NCBI GenBank assembly: GCA_043228905.1
Contig: JBHGNT010000001.1
Coordinates: 18,972,001-19,036,000, forward strand
Source: Azolla caroliniana
Lineage: Eukaryota > Plantae > Polypodiophyta
Reading direction: 5' to 3'
Length of the DNA stretch: 64,000 nt
Of this stretch, positions 1 through 9,616 are shown one piece after another (the first letter of the stretch is position 1; every line of letters starts with the position of its first letter). The notes below the pieces were generated by a model. That model saw nothing but the letters and a program-made list of their open reading frames with translations. It was not told the origin of the DNA and did no database searches. A program made the translations under genes and the position numbers.

Positions 1-3000
1 AATAGGTCGTTTGAGAATCTGTCAGACCGACCCGTGAAGAAAATTAAGCTTCGCATACAAGGTTCTCCAATCGAAGCCCAGACCAAGGTAACTCCGGAGA
101 CCATGAAGAGAGGAAAAAAGCTTCTCTTTAACGAAGAGACAAAATCTCAGCCCCATAGTGATGTAAGCCAAAAGAAAATTGTCGCCGCTACTGGAGGCGA
201 AGACCTTCCTGACCGAGATCTAACGGACAAGGAATGGTGTATGCAATATGTTGACTCAAAGAAAAAAGTCGTATTGTATACAGCAAAGAAGAAGGGTGAG
301 GGGCAGCTAGGAAAAGAAACTCCATTTATGTATGGCCGAATTCTACGATTTGACTACGAAGATGCAGATTCGGCCAACATACTGGTAATGATAGAGTGCT
401 CCAAGGGGGTACGCAAAGTGTTCCTTTCAGAAGATCTTTTAGTAAAGGAATCTTGTGGGCCTGAAGTGTTCAAAAAAGCACTTGATAACTCACAAAACCT
501 GATTGTTACCTTGAGGCCTTATATACAAGGCCATGTAACTCTACGAGATGAAGAGCCCTCCCACTTGAAGGCCACTAAAAAGGTATCCAAAGTCCAGTCA
601 AGACCAGCCAAGAAGAAGACAACGAAAATGTCGGATACGGATTCGACAAGTGAAAATGAAGAAGAGGATAATAAGGGGACGCCAGGAGCCGAGCTGGCCT
701 CGGGTGTTTTGTCATCCGAGCAGAATAAAATAAGAAGAGAGTTAATGCAACGGAAGCTGGTCAGGAAAGGGCAAGTATTTAATTTGCCTATAACACACAT
801 CCATCGGCCCCCTATTGATGAAAAAACAGGTCGAAGACCACTTGAGATTAGAGAGCCTCATCGCATGCATGTTCAAAATCTCAAGAAAAAAATGAAAATT
901 AATCCTCATGCCACAGTGGTGCCTTTTATTGTTATGGTGGATCCTGAAGAATGTGAAACCATTGAAGATTTTGATATCAGAAAGCATGATCAATATAATT
1001 ATTTTGTCATTGGTGGATCGCATTCAGCAGAGGCACGTCGACAACTTGTAAGAGAACATCCAACCACTTTCTTCTTCAAGTATGCCGAGTGCAAAATATA
1101 TGTTGGGCTCACAACCGAAGAGGCTAAGCTGTTGGCATGGGACCATAATAATGATAATGACTATAGGCAGAAAATGTCGTCTATTGAGCGTATCCGGTTC
1201 TTCCACCACGAGTATTTAGATGTCAAACAAAAGTTTGGTGTGAAGTTACATCCAGGCCTTCGACGTCAATGTCTGCATGAAGTCGGCATTGTGGTAGATG
1301 ATAATGTTAGGTCTGATGGTCTTCGAAAGTATGAATCTTGGTTTCAATTGGCGTTTAGAGATGGAGAAGTATGGAACCTCCAAGATCAAATCTTCTCAAT
1401 GTGGGAGAATAAGGAGGTAAAGGGTCAACGACAAAAGAAATGTAGGGTTGACCCTCAACTAGAATTAAAGTCACAAGCCGCCAAGAAAATTGACTTGACA
1501 ATTGAAGAAGCGGCAGACGACATGAAGCTGTCTCTATGGAGAGCGATGCAAGGTATTAAGGACGAGCAGCTTCTTGTGTCCGTTTTGTCAAGGGTTGTGG
1601 CGAAAGATTTAAGCCTTTAAGAAATGGTCACCGAGTTCAATAAGTAAGTCTTTCAAATACTGAAATTGTAGTCTATCTGGTGTAATTCAAAGTTCTAATC
1701 TTGATTTCTAATTTTACAGTCATAAGGTGTACATGAAGATCCAAGAAGTAATGATGAAACAACTTGGATGTATAACTTGGGAACAAGTGACCGAGGATTA
1801 TCCTCTAACGTCTTCGTATAAGGCGTTATCAGAGTATTTTATTGCATTCAAGGATTGGGTTAGTATTGATATTTTTTCATTACCCTTTCATCATATGTAG
1901 AGGTTGTATAATAATACCTGATGTCCTATTGCTTCTATTAGAAACCGTGTCGAGGCAAGAAACAAGGAGAAGTTAAGGATATACACGATTTCCCTACATC
2001 CTTCCTTGCACATCTCGAGCGAGCCAGAAAAGAAAAGGATCGTCGCTTAGTCAAGGCGTACGAAATGGAGGAAGATGGCTCGTTTAAAAAATTTAGCCAC
2101 AAGAAAGATATTACGAGAGATCTTTACTACAATGTGGTTTGCGGTGATGTCATCGACTTGATCCAGAAGGTGCCAAAGAAGGAATATACGCTAATGATTG
2201 CGGATATTCCTTACGGATTTCGAATGGCTGGGTCATCATACGACGATGAACCGTTTAGGTTTAAACAATTGGAGAAGATGGTCAAGGATTTCGCTGAGCT
2301 AACGACCGCATCCTTGTGGCGAATAGTTGTCTTTCATAGTATGGACCAAGGGTACTCGGTAGCTCAAGCTTTGAGATCTCGTTGCCATGGCATCGAGAAC
2401 CTTGCATGGTAAGGATTATTTATAGGTGTCTTTCATTATATTGCAATTCTTAAGGTTGTTGAATCTATTTTTAACTCGATGAATTATTTTTTATAGGATC
2501 AAGACCAATGTAAATAGAGGGCCAACTTTTCGGTTCGTTAATGCCATTGAATACATAACGGTTGGCTACTTCGATGAAATTAAAAAACAGAGAATCAAAG
2601 AGCATTCTAATGAAGTGGGAGGTTCAAATCTGTTGGTATATCCAGCAGTGACTCGGAAATTGCGACATGTCACCACGACAGAACGGGGACTTGTCAACCC
2701 ATACCAAAAACCTCAACGACTTATGATGCGCTTGATCGAGATGTTTTCTGTCGAAGGAGACTGGATATTAGATCTCTTTTCTGGCACAGGTATTCCTCGA
2801 ACTAGGGTAACGATCTTGAGATAACCAATCACTTTTTTTGTTTGACAACTAAATCTTCTTGTTACTTACATCATAGGAACTACGTCAGCATGTGCATTGA
2901 AGCTGTTTAGGAATACAGTTGCATTGGAGAAGGACGAGGACCAAGTTATATTTATTAATATGCGGATTAAGGCTTTGTGGGAGTGCCCAGACCAGGATGA

Positions 3001-3229
3001 GGAGGTCGGTGCAAAGAACCTCGCCAATACAGAAAGGTTTCAACCCGCTTCGCGAGAGCCTATTCCTCCGTTAGCCGGCGAACCGGGAGAGCTAATAGAG
3101 CTTGATGATGAGCTTATAGAAGATATTTCGTTGGCCCGGCTAACAGGGGAAACCAATGCACGTATAGCCGAAGACAGTTCTACACAAGATGATGAAGAAA
3201 ATGACGTAGATGAATTGATTGCTATGTAA
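1..3229 (+). CDS. Spliced ParB/Srx-like domain + beta-class DNA N6-adenine/N4-cytosine methyltransferase fusion gene (5'-partial; one premature stop at 1618-1620)
   Basis: Exons <1-1643, 1720-1858, 1942-2408, 2497-2789 and 2877-3229 are joined by GT..AG introns of 76, 83, 88 and 87 nt. All phases are compatible (2895 nt, 965 codons). Motifs in order: YFVIGGSHSAEA..EEAKLLAWDHN, CGDVIDLI, MIADIPYG, WIKTN..EYITVGY, NPYQKPQRLMMRLI, GDWILDLFSGTGTTSACALKLFRNTVALEKD. Confidence 0.85.
772..1200 (+). other. ParB/Sulfiredoxin-like N-terminal domain within exon 1
   Basis: LPITHI..IRE..HVQNLKKKM..PFIVMV..YFVIGGSHSAEA..CKIY..EEAKLLAWDHN follows the ParB-N layout (IxGxHRxxA box, then a helix ending in N). 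The Arg of the GxHR motif is Ser here. Confidence 0.65.
2131..2970 (+). other. N6_N4_Mtase (PF01555-like) catalytic domain split over exons 3-5
   Basis: Catalytic motif IV DIPY (2203-2214) precedes PYQKP (~2699-2713) and SAM-binding motif I DLFSGTG|T (2771-2789 + 2877 onward). This is the beta-class motif order. Confidence 0.85.
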
Positions 3230-3623
3230 TAGACTCTATAAAGAATATGACACTGACGATTTGTTAAGATTTCACATTATTAATACAAATTTTGGGTTTT
3301 ACCTAGTGGATTCTATTCTTTATAATCATCTATATGTTTCAATTTTATTTTTATATACCTCATTAGTAGATTTATGATATTGGTTTCACCGCGTGCATAG
3401 CTGACTACCAAACTTATGGAGAAACATGAACTAGCTTAAATGGAGGCTGATTTTGGTCCAAGCTAACCTTAACAGAACATGGCCCTATAATTATTGCCAT
3501 GACTGTCCATGTTGTTATTATGGATCTTTGTCTTATATTGTTAAAACTATTATGTTTCTATTCCATTGCTGCTTAGATTGTGTAGTGTGTTGATAATGGT
3601 TCCAGTTGCGTTATCGTTCGGAG

Positions 3624-3908
3624 TTTGATCTTGTGTGAATCACCTAAGCAATAGAGTAGATCAATTTTAAATACAGGTATGAAAGCCTAATAGGTTTGTT
3701 ATTTCCACGACATTATCCTAAAGTTCACTGCCTTACATTGTGCACAATTATATACACATATGGTTTGATCCCATATGAACAAACTGAGGAATAGATTAGA
3801 TCAACTTTTAATATAACTATTGAATACTTTAATAAGTTAGTTATTCCAATCACTTATCCTAATGTGCACTATCCTACATTTTCGACAATTACATACATGC
3901 ACGTATGG
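3624..3908. repeat. Diverged tandem duplication, 2 x ~140 bp
   Basis: TTTGATC..GAA..AATAGA(G/T)TAGATCAA..TTATCCTAA..CACT..TACATT..ACAATTA occurs at ~3624 and again at ~3764. Confidence 0.6.
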
Positions 3909-4515
3909 GTCAAAGTATAAATTATATCTCATTTTATTAGTATGGATACAAGTACACCTCATAATTTTGTAAAACCTACCTAATTAATATAAGTCTTTAA
4001 GTTAGTGTTTCCCTTGTCGCACAATAGTGCCATATTGAGCCATAGTTGAACTTTATTTAGATACATTAACTTATCAACATGTCTAAACTTGCATGATTTC
4101 TAATGATCTCCACTCGTAGATCTATCATGTATTTTTATATTTGCAAATTCTTATCAAGTTGAGGAACATGTGATACTAGTGCATCCAATTATTGTAGAGA
4201 GGGTGTATTTGCTTCGTTTTAAGAAGATTCTACAAGTGGAATGCGCAATCCTTCCACTTGTGAACGCGAACGTGTTCCTTATCTATTCAATAGAGTCCTT
4301 GTTATTTGATTAGGGCGCGTCAAACTCAATTTTTTTAAGTAGTATTAATGACTCTTCAAATTGGTCTAGACTATCAAGTTTGTGGCCACTATTATATGGT
4401 ACTAGCTATTGTTTTATTGAGTTTGCTTCACTAATAGGTTCGTGATTCGACTTCGACTGATACGGCTTAGTACCCAGGTCCAGCCCCAGACAGGCTAACC
4501 TCATCGTGTGCACCT

Positions 4516-5050
4516 CGACATCTAGATAATAATGGGGTTGTAAAATCAGGATCCTGGGTTGAGACGGGGGATATTTTGGTAGGTAAATTGACACCTTAGG
4601 GTGGAGTAGATTCACCACGCGCTCCAGAAGGAAGGTTATTACAAGCCATTTCTGGTATCCAACCGGTTAACAACGCAAGAGAAAGTTGCTTGAAAGTTCC
4701 TATTGGTGGAAGAGGTCGAATTATTGACGTTAGGTGGGTCTATCCCGAAGATGATGCTATGAATGATTAAGAGGTTATTCATATATATATTTTATAAAAA
4801 CGTAAGATACAAGTAGGTGATAAGATAGTTGGTAGGCATAGAAACAAAGGCATTGTGTTAAAGACATTATCAAGACAGGATATGGCTTCTTTACAGGATG
4901 GTACACCAGTTGACATGATCTTAAGTCCCTTAGAAGACCTTCATGAAGGAATGTAGGATAGATTTTTGAGTGTTTTCTTGGGCTAGCCGAAGAGTTCCTC
5001 AAAACTCATTATCGGATAGTGCCTTTTGATGAGAGATATGAGCGTGAGGT
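4516..5050 (+). pseudogene. rpoB: Plastid RNA polymerase beta fragment (NUPT)
   Basis: [71 protein letters not shown]. Confidence 0.9.
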
Positions 5051-5135
5051 TGTGGAATAGTTGACAGATGAGTCAGTTTCAATGTCACTATACAAAACCG
5101 TACGTGAGATTCCCACCTCGTACGGATCCTCGTCA
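5051..5135 (-). other. Group II intron domain V/VI fragment, probably the 3' half of the rps12 trans-spliced intron (NUPT)
   Basis: Minus strand reads GGATCCGTACGAGGTGGGAATCTCACGTACGGTTTTG..TCTGTCAACTATTCCAC, matching the remembered sequence upstream of rps12 exon 2. Confidence 0.6.
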
Positions 5136-5490
5136 TTCAATTATTCTTAAGAGAAAGAGTACAAAATTACTTTCAGCTGTTCTCAGCTATGAAAGAATTT
5201 ACATAAAATTCGTATCCTCCATTTCAAAAATGGATTATATCATTGTAGAAAATCTAGCTATACCAGGTTTGAAAAGTAAAACCCATTCCTTTGTTTTGTC
5301 CCTTTCGTTAAATTGTTTTTTATTTGGCAAATAAAAAAGTTTATTAAACACGAACCCAAATGCCGCTACTCGGATTCAGAAAGAAGGGATGACGATGCTA
5401 CGCTCTGCAAGGCGGTGTGATTATAACTACGTTATGAAGAATAAAAGGGAACCCATAAGTTATTTGAGGAGTTGAGTGGGGGAAATAATA

Positions 5491-5530
5491 ATGACTATCG
5501 CCATTGGGAAGTCTTCTAAGGAACCGAAAG
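5491..5530 (+). pseudogene. psbD: Photosystem II D2 5' fragment (NUPT)
   Basis: MTIAIGKSSKEPK. Confidence 0.75.
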
Positions 5531-5667
5531 AGAAATAAGCCTCCCATCTTATCGACGGATCTTTTTTAGAATATTATTCTGGATTCGTTTGCCAATGCGA
5601 ATACCCAAATCCCCTTGAGGCATGACTATTCCATCAAGCAACCATCCGTTGAAGGAATGTTTTACCA

Positions 5668-5805
5668 ACTACCAAACGCGCATAAACGACGAATACCATT
5701 AGTAGCCTTCGGAAAAAAGAACAAAATTAATCCAGTTAGAGTAGAAGACACTAGTGGAGAAGTGGGAATGATCCAAGCAAACTCGCATGAAAACTCTACG
5801 AACAT
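5668..5805 (-). pseudogene. ndhF: NdhF 5' fragment (NUPT)
   Basis: MFVEFSCEFAWIIPTSPL..LFFFPKATNGIRRLCAF; divergent from rpl21 as in fern plastomes. Confidence 0.8.
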
Positions 5806-6066
5806 ATATATATTTTTAGATTTATTTTTTTGAAGTTGTCTTTTGCTCCTTCATCTCGGAACTATGTAGAATAGAATTGGCATGCTTGAGCAAATAATTA
5901 GAATTCTTTCGTTTTCATGCTAGCAATATCCAACTTTCTTTCGAACAACGAAAAAACTTGACAGAAAGAAAAAAAAAGTGTTAGAGATACTTATTTAAAA
6001 TAGAAAACCCAGCCCTAAAAATTTGGTTTAACAAGTCCCCTCCCTAGTCCATAAATAGAAATCGTG

Positions 6067-6327
6067 ATGAATAGATATGCAATAATCGGAATCGGTGGGG
6101 AACAACTCCGAGTGGAACTGGGAAGATTTTATGACATTCTTCATTTCGCATCACTCCGAAACGTATCAAGATCCAATGTCAACGTCAAAGCATCGATAAA
6201 TCGCGTTTTACTCGTTTGTTGCGGATCCAAAATAGCTATCGGACAACCATGGCTTAGTGATGCAGTTGTTAGGGGAAGATTATTACACCCTTGTTTTGGA
6301 AAGAAACTATTGATACAGAAGATCCAT
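6067..6327 (+). pseudogene. rpl21: Plastid ribosomal protein L21, 3'-truncated (NUPT)
   Basis: MNRYAIIGIGGEQLRVELGRFYD..RVLL..IGQPWL..VRGRLLH. Confidence 0.85.
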
Positions 6328-6420
6328 TGTTGTCTAGCTGCAGGAATGGTTAGAGCCATACCCAAGTGAAAAATAATATTATCTAAATGCATTTCGAGTA
6401 ATTGCAATGGTACTTTACTC
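6328..6420 (-). pseudogene. rps4: Ribosomal protein S4 internal fragment (NUPT)
   Basis: KVPLQLLEMHLDNIIFHLGMALTIPAARQ. Confidence 0.85.
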
Positions 6421-6767
6421 ATGTTGAAGTGGCAGATAAAAAATCTATATCTCATTTCTATTTGAAAAGAAAATGAGACATAGATCTAAGAAGCATCCTA
6501 GAGGTATTTAGAGGGTAGGTACTTTTAGGCGGCATAAGTCCAGTTAAAAAACTCCGCCAACTCGACAATCGGTTCAAACAACATATCGATTAAATAGAAT
6601 CTTTAATGTTTAGTCCTTAAAGGATATCTAACAGAAAGAATTAGAGGATTTTTTTATGAAAGTGTCAAAACTAACTACCCTCCTTCTTGGTATCCCCACC
6701 TGTCAACCACTTTTGTGGCGGCGAAGTATAAATGGGTTACTGTATTTCTTAGTTTTCCTGGTTCTTT

Positions 6768-6892
6768 TACCTAGTGTAGTATATCCCCACTGTGTCGATG
6801 TCTTTCCTACCTAGTGTAGTATATCCCCACTGTGTCGATGTCTTTCCTACCTAGTGTAGTATATCCCCACTGTGTTGATGGGTCTTTCCCTA
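6768..6892. repeat. Tandem repeat, 3 x 40 bp
   Basis: CTAGTGTAGTATATCCCCACTGTGTCGATGTCTTTCCTAC at 6771, 6811 and 6851 (third copy slightly variant). Confidence 0.95.
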
Positions 6893-6903
6893 AACCCTTC
6901 CTT

Positions 6904-7081
6904 ATCGTACGGACTCTCTAGTGGAGAGATTTAGCTTAATAAAATAGTTGATGGGTTCTTGCTAAACAGTATGGTCGATCCTTTGGCAATCCATATATCC
7001 CTTGCGTTAGTCTTGGCAGGGATGGGTTTTAAGCTCTCTCTCGTTCCATTTCATCAATGTACTCCCGATGTATATGAAGGA
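6904..7081 (+). pseudogene. ndhB: ndhB exon 1 3' part, followed by its group II intron start GTGTG (NUPT)
   Basis: [29 protein letters not shown]|gtgtgattcg. Confidence 0.9.
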
Positions 7082-7215
7082 GTGTGATTCGCTCTAAAAA
7101 CAGTTCAGTCTTTATAGGTATAATCCCAAATAGATTGAACCATTATTCGTTATATCTAACGGGTATCAGGAAGACATAACAACCTTTCCGAACCTTTATT
7201 TGTATTGTTAACTAG

Positions 7216-7592
7216 TGTCATGAACATCGAGTCGAATGCAAGCCTTAGGTCCTTGTATATATATATTTCTCCTAGAAAGACTTTAGACTTTAAACCTTTG
7301 TATAAAGAGTGGTATATAAGACTGAGTATGTAAGACTTAGTATGTAAGACTCAGTATGTAAGATTTGGCATGCAAGAATCAGTATGCTTAATACTATAGT
7401 ATGTATGACTTGGCATGAGCATGCTTATCATGCATCACTATATGTATAAAAAGGGTTGATCTCCCTTGTTAACATCAAGGAGATCAACACTAGTCATGTA
7501 ATAGATATTCGTACGCATTGTCATCAACTTATCCATCTCTCTATCTCATCAACTTACCCATCTCTTTGTCTTCCAATTGTTCATCCGTGACA
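7216..7592 (+). repeat. 5' LTR of chromovirus
   Basis: Direct repeat of 13061-13423; TATA at 7445. Confidence 0.95.
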
Positions 7593-9616
7593 GATTGATC
7601 TCCTTCATTCTTTTTGTCTTCTTTCTAAATACACTATCATGTTTGAATCATCTAGTAACCTTGAGCAAATTTTGGCGGTGCTGCATCAACTCCAACATGA
7701 GAATGTGAGCTTATGAACCTCTATTCAAGAACATCAGGCGGCAACAACGGTTATACCTCACCCAATTATTGACCCTTCTGCTGTAGAACCTAATGTCTGC
7801 TTGCTAGAAAAATTCGATGGAACAAGGTCACGATTAAGAGGCTTCATCCACCAAATCCGCCTTATTATTCGTCTTCAACCCTGACGATATTCTTATGACT
7901 TTCGACAAGTTGGGCCGATCGACACATTGCTGACAGGACAAGCGCAAGCCTGGTTTGCCCCTCTAGTAGAGACTTCTTTGCCTCTTTTGAATGACTTCCA
8001 AGCATTTCTTATCGAATTTGAGGCAACTTTCGGGGAGACTGATAAACGACGAGCCGCGCTCAACAAACTATATGCGTTACAACAAGGAGAGCGTGCGGCA
8101 TCAATCTATGCATCTGAATTTCATCAACTCACGTGCAATGTGGAATGGGATGAACAAGCCCTCCTCGATCAATTCCGTCGAGGATTACGAGGTGCGATAA
8201 AAAATCTTTTGCTTAACTTTCCTGAGCCCACATCTTTGAATGAGGCTATTTCCCAAGCTTTGTGTTGGGATAACCATGTCTTTGAGTTTCGGCAAGAGGT
8301 CTGTCCTCTTCGAATCCATCCACCTTCGCCAGCCGCTTCATCTTCATCGTCACCTCCTCCCATAGATTCTAGTTCCCCAACCAAATCCACCTTATCATTC
8401 GTCTTCAGCCCCGACGATATTCGGATGATTTTCGACAAGTTGGGTTGATCGGCATGTTGCTGACAAGACAAGCGCAAGTTTGGTTTGCCCCTCTAGTAGA
8501 GTCTTCTTCGCCTCTTTTGAATGACTTCCAAGCATTTCTTATCGAATTTGAGGCAACTTTTGGGGAGACTGACAAATGACGAGCCGCGCTCAACAAGCTA
8601 TACGCGTTACAACAAGGAGAGCGTGCGGCATCAATCTATGCATCTGAATTTCGTCAGCTCACGTGCGATGTGGAATGGGATGAACAAGCCCTCCTCGATG
8701 AATTCCGTTGAGGATTACGAGGTGAGATAAAAAATCTTTTGCTTAACTTTCCTGATCCCACATCTTTGAATGAGCCTATTTCCCAAGCTGTGCATTGGGA
8801 TAACCGTCTCTTTGAGTTTTGGCAAAAGGTATGTCCTCTTCAAATCCATCCATCTTCGCTAGCGGCTTCATCTTCATCGTCACCTCCTCCCATAGATTCT
8901 AGGTCCCCAATGGAGATCGATCAAATTCGCTATCGATCACTAACTAACGTGCAACAACAACATCGACGATCTAATAGTTTATGTCTCTACTGTGGTGGCC
9001 CTGGCCATTTGATCCGTTCTTTCCCAAAAAGGGGAGCCCACCAAACACTACATTGTGTGGATGAGGTTAACATTTTCTGCCAACAGGAAAACTCCAATGT
9101 CCAGTCGCAGCAGGGGCTGTGCATCTAGACCACAAGAGTTGACAATTGTGTCAAGGGCTCAATCAACCGACTTCTTCGACAATAAGCTTCACACTTACGG
9201 TCACTCTTCAGTTTGGCTCCAACACTCTAAAGACAAAAGCTTTGTTAGATTCTGGGGCTACGTATTGCTTTATTGACATCACGTTTGCACGGACACACAA
9301 CATTCCAACCAACAAAATAATTTTCCCGATTCTAGTTGAAGTGATCGATGGTCGAACGCTCTCTTCTAGTGCAATCATAGATACAACAATTCCCTTGAGT
9401 CTCCACATAGGAGCCCACCAAGAAGAAATCTTTTTTAACCTCATCACATCACCTCGACATCCTATTATCTTGGGGTTATCATGGCTCGAGACTCACAATC
9501 CAATCGTGGATTGGTGATCTCCCTCCATCAATTTCACCTCGAATTCTCACCCACAAGGGATTACTTCCACTCTTCTTCGAGCTAATGCTCTGCCATTTGT
9601 TTGGCCGCCTACTTCG

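Noticed and set aside
1618-1620. Stop codon repaired by U-to-C RNA editing
   Set aside because: Reverse editing is organellar, and this gene has spliceosomal introns, so it is nuclear.
4232-4261. 10-bp stem hairpin ACAAGTGGAA/TTCCACTTGT as a Helitron 3' end
   Set aside because: No CTRR terminus at the expected distance on either strand.
4066-4330. Possible decayed minus-strand ORF convergent on the MTase gene
   Set aside because: Four internal TAA stops in ~85 codons is about the random expectation, and no motif was recognised.
6768-6892. CRISPR-like array
   Set aside because: The units are contiguous with no unique spacers, there are no cas genes, and the context is eukaryotic.
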